Positions 63,601 through 64,000 of a stretch of DNA of 64,000 nucleotides are shown piece after piece; position 1 is the first letter of the stretch, and every line of letters begins with the position of its first letter. The translations under genes and the position numbers were made by a program. Origin of the DNA: Mobula hypostoma (Eukaryota); assembly GCF_963921235.1 (NCBI RefSeq), contig NC_086107.1, positions 105,712,001 through 105,776,000 on the forward strand, written 5' to 3'. The notes under the pieces were generated by a model. It saw only the letters and a program-made list of their open reading frames with translations, ran no database searches and was not told where the DNA came from.

Positions 63601-64000
63601 AGTACTGTCCCTCCGACAGTGAGGCACTCCCTCAGTACTGTCCCTCCGACAGTGAGACACTCCCTCAGTACTGTCCCTCTGACAGTGAGACACTCCCTCA
63701 GTACTGTCCGTCTGATGGTAGGGCACTCCCTCAGCACTGTCCCTCCGACATTGAGGCATTCCCTCAGTACTGTCCCTCCGACAGTGAGACACTCCCTCAG
63801 TACTGTCCCTCCGACAGTGTGACACTCCCTCAGTACTATGCCTCCGACACTGAGACACTCCCTCAGTACTGTCCCTCTGACAGTGAGACACTCCCTCAGT
63901 ACTGTCCCTCCGACAGTGAGATACTCCCTCAGTACTGTCCCTCTGACAGTGAGACACTCCCTCAGTACTGTCCGTCTGACAGTGAGACACTCCCTCAGTA
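18627..64000. repeat. Large 33-bp tandem satellite/minisatellite array (~1,375 monomers, runs off the window end)
   Basis: Uninterrupted head-to-tail consensus CAGTACTGTCCCTCYGACAGTGAGAYACTCCCT. 45,374 bp / 33. No non-repeat insertion noticed. Confidence 0.99.

Noticed and set aside
14863..64000. Very long repetitive ORFs (up to 2480 aa; PQYCPSDSETL, SHCQRDSTEGV, TVRGTVLRECL, TVRHSLSTVPL repeats)
   Set aside because: A 33-bp unit gives an 11-codon period that is stop-free in four frames at once. Frameshifting 1-bp and 10-bp deletions and stops are tolerated, and there are no unique domains or splice context.
18627..64000. CRISPR-like array (palindromic repeat of ~33 bp)
   Set aside because: The units are contiguous with no unique spacers, there are no cas genes, and the context is a vertebrate intron-containing locus.
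18627..64000. V(D)J recombination signal heptamer-like words (GACAGTG, CACTGTC) in each monomer
   Set aside because: Imperfect heptamers with no A-rich nonamer at 12 or 23 bp spacing, and no Ig or TCR segments nearby.

Overview
Vertebrate genomic DNA, inferred to come from a cartilaginous fish (shark or ray), not a prokaryote. The first ~18.6 kb is transposon-rich. It hides a complete four-exon matrix Gla protein (mgp) gene on the minus strand that the ORF track misses: CDS 16513-16459, 12372-12343, 11049-10980 and 7771-7567, all GT-AG introns, 119 aa. Around and inside the gene are Penelope-like (GIY-YIG) retroelement pieces carrying minimal hammerhead-ribozyme motifs. One of these is a 1.5-kb head-to-head inverted insertion with a perfect 16-bp target-site duplication, nested in a MITE that is itself nested in a LINE tail. 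Rex1/Babar and CR1 LINE 3' ends and a Tc1-like remnant are also present. From 18,627 to the window end lies a >45-kb tandem array of a 33-bp monomer (~1,375 copies) with 2.3-3.5-kb higher-order blocks. A 1.4-kb sister array sits in mgp intron 1, so the mgp promoter and exon 1 form a ~2.3-kb island between two arrays. The monomer looks derived from a DeuSINE (SacSINE1-like) segment. The long ORFs in the arrays are artefacts of the 33-bp period. Family assignments rest on recalled motifs, not database searches, and most repeat boundaries are approximate.
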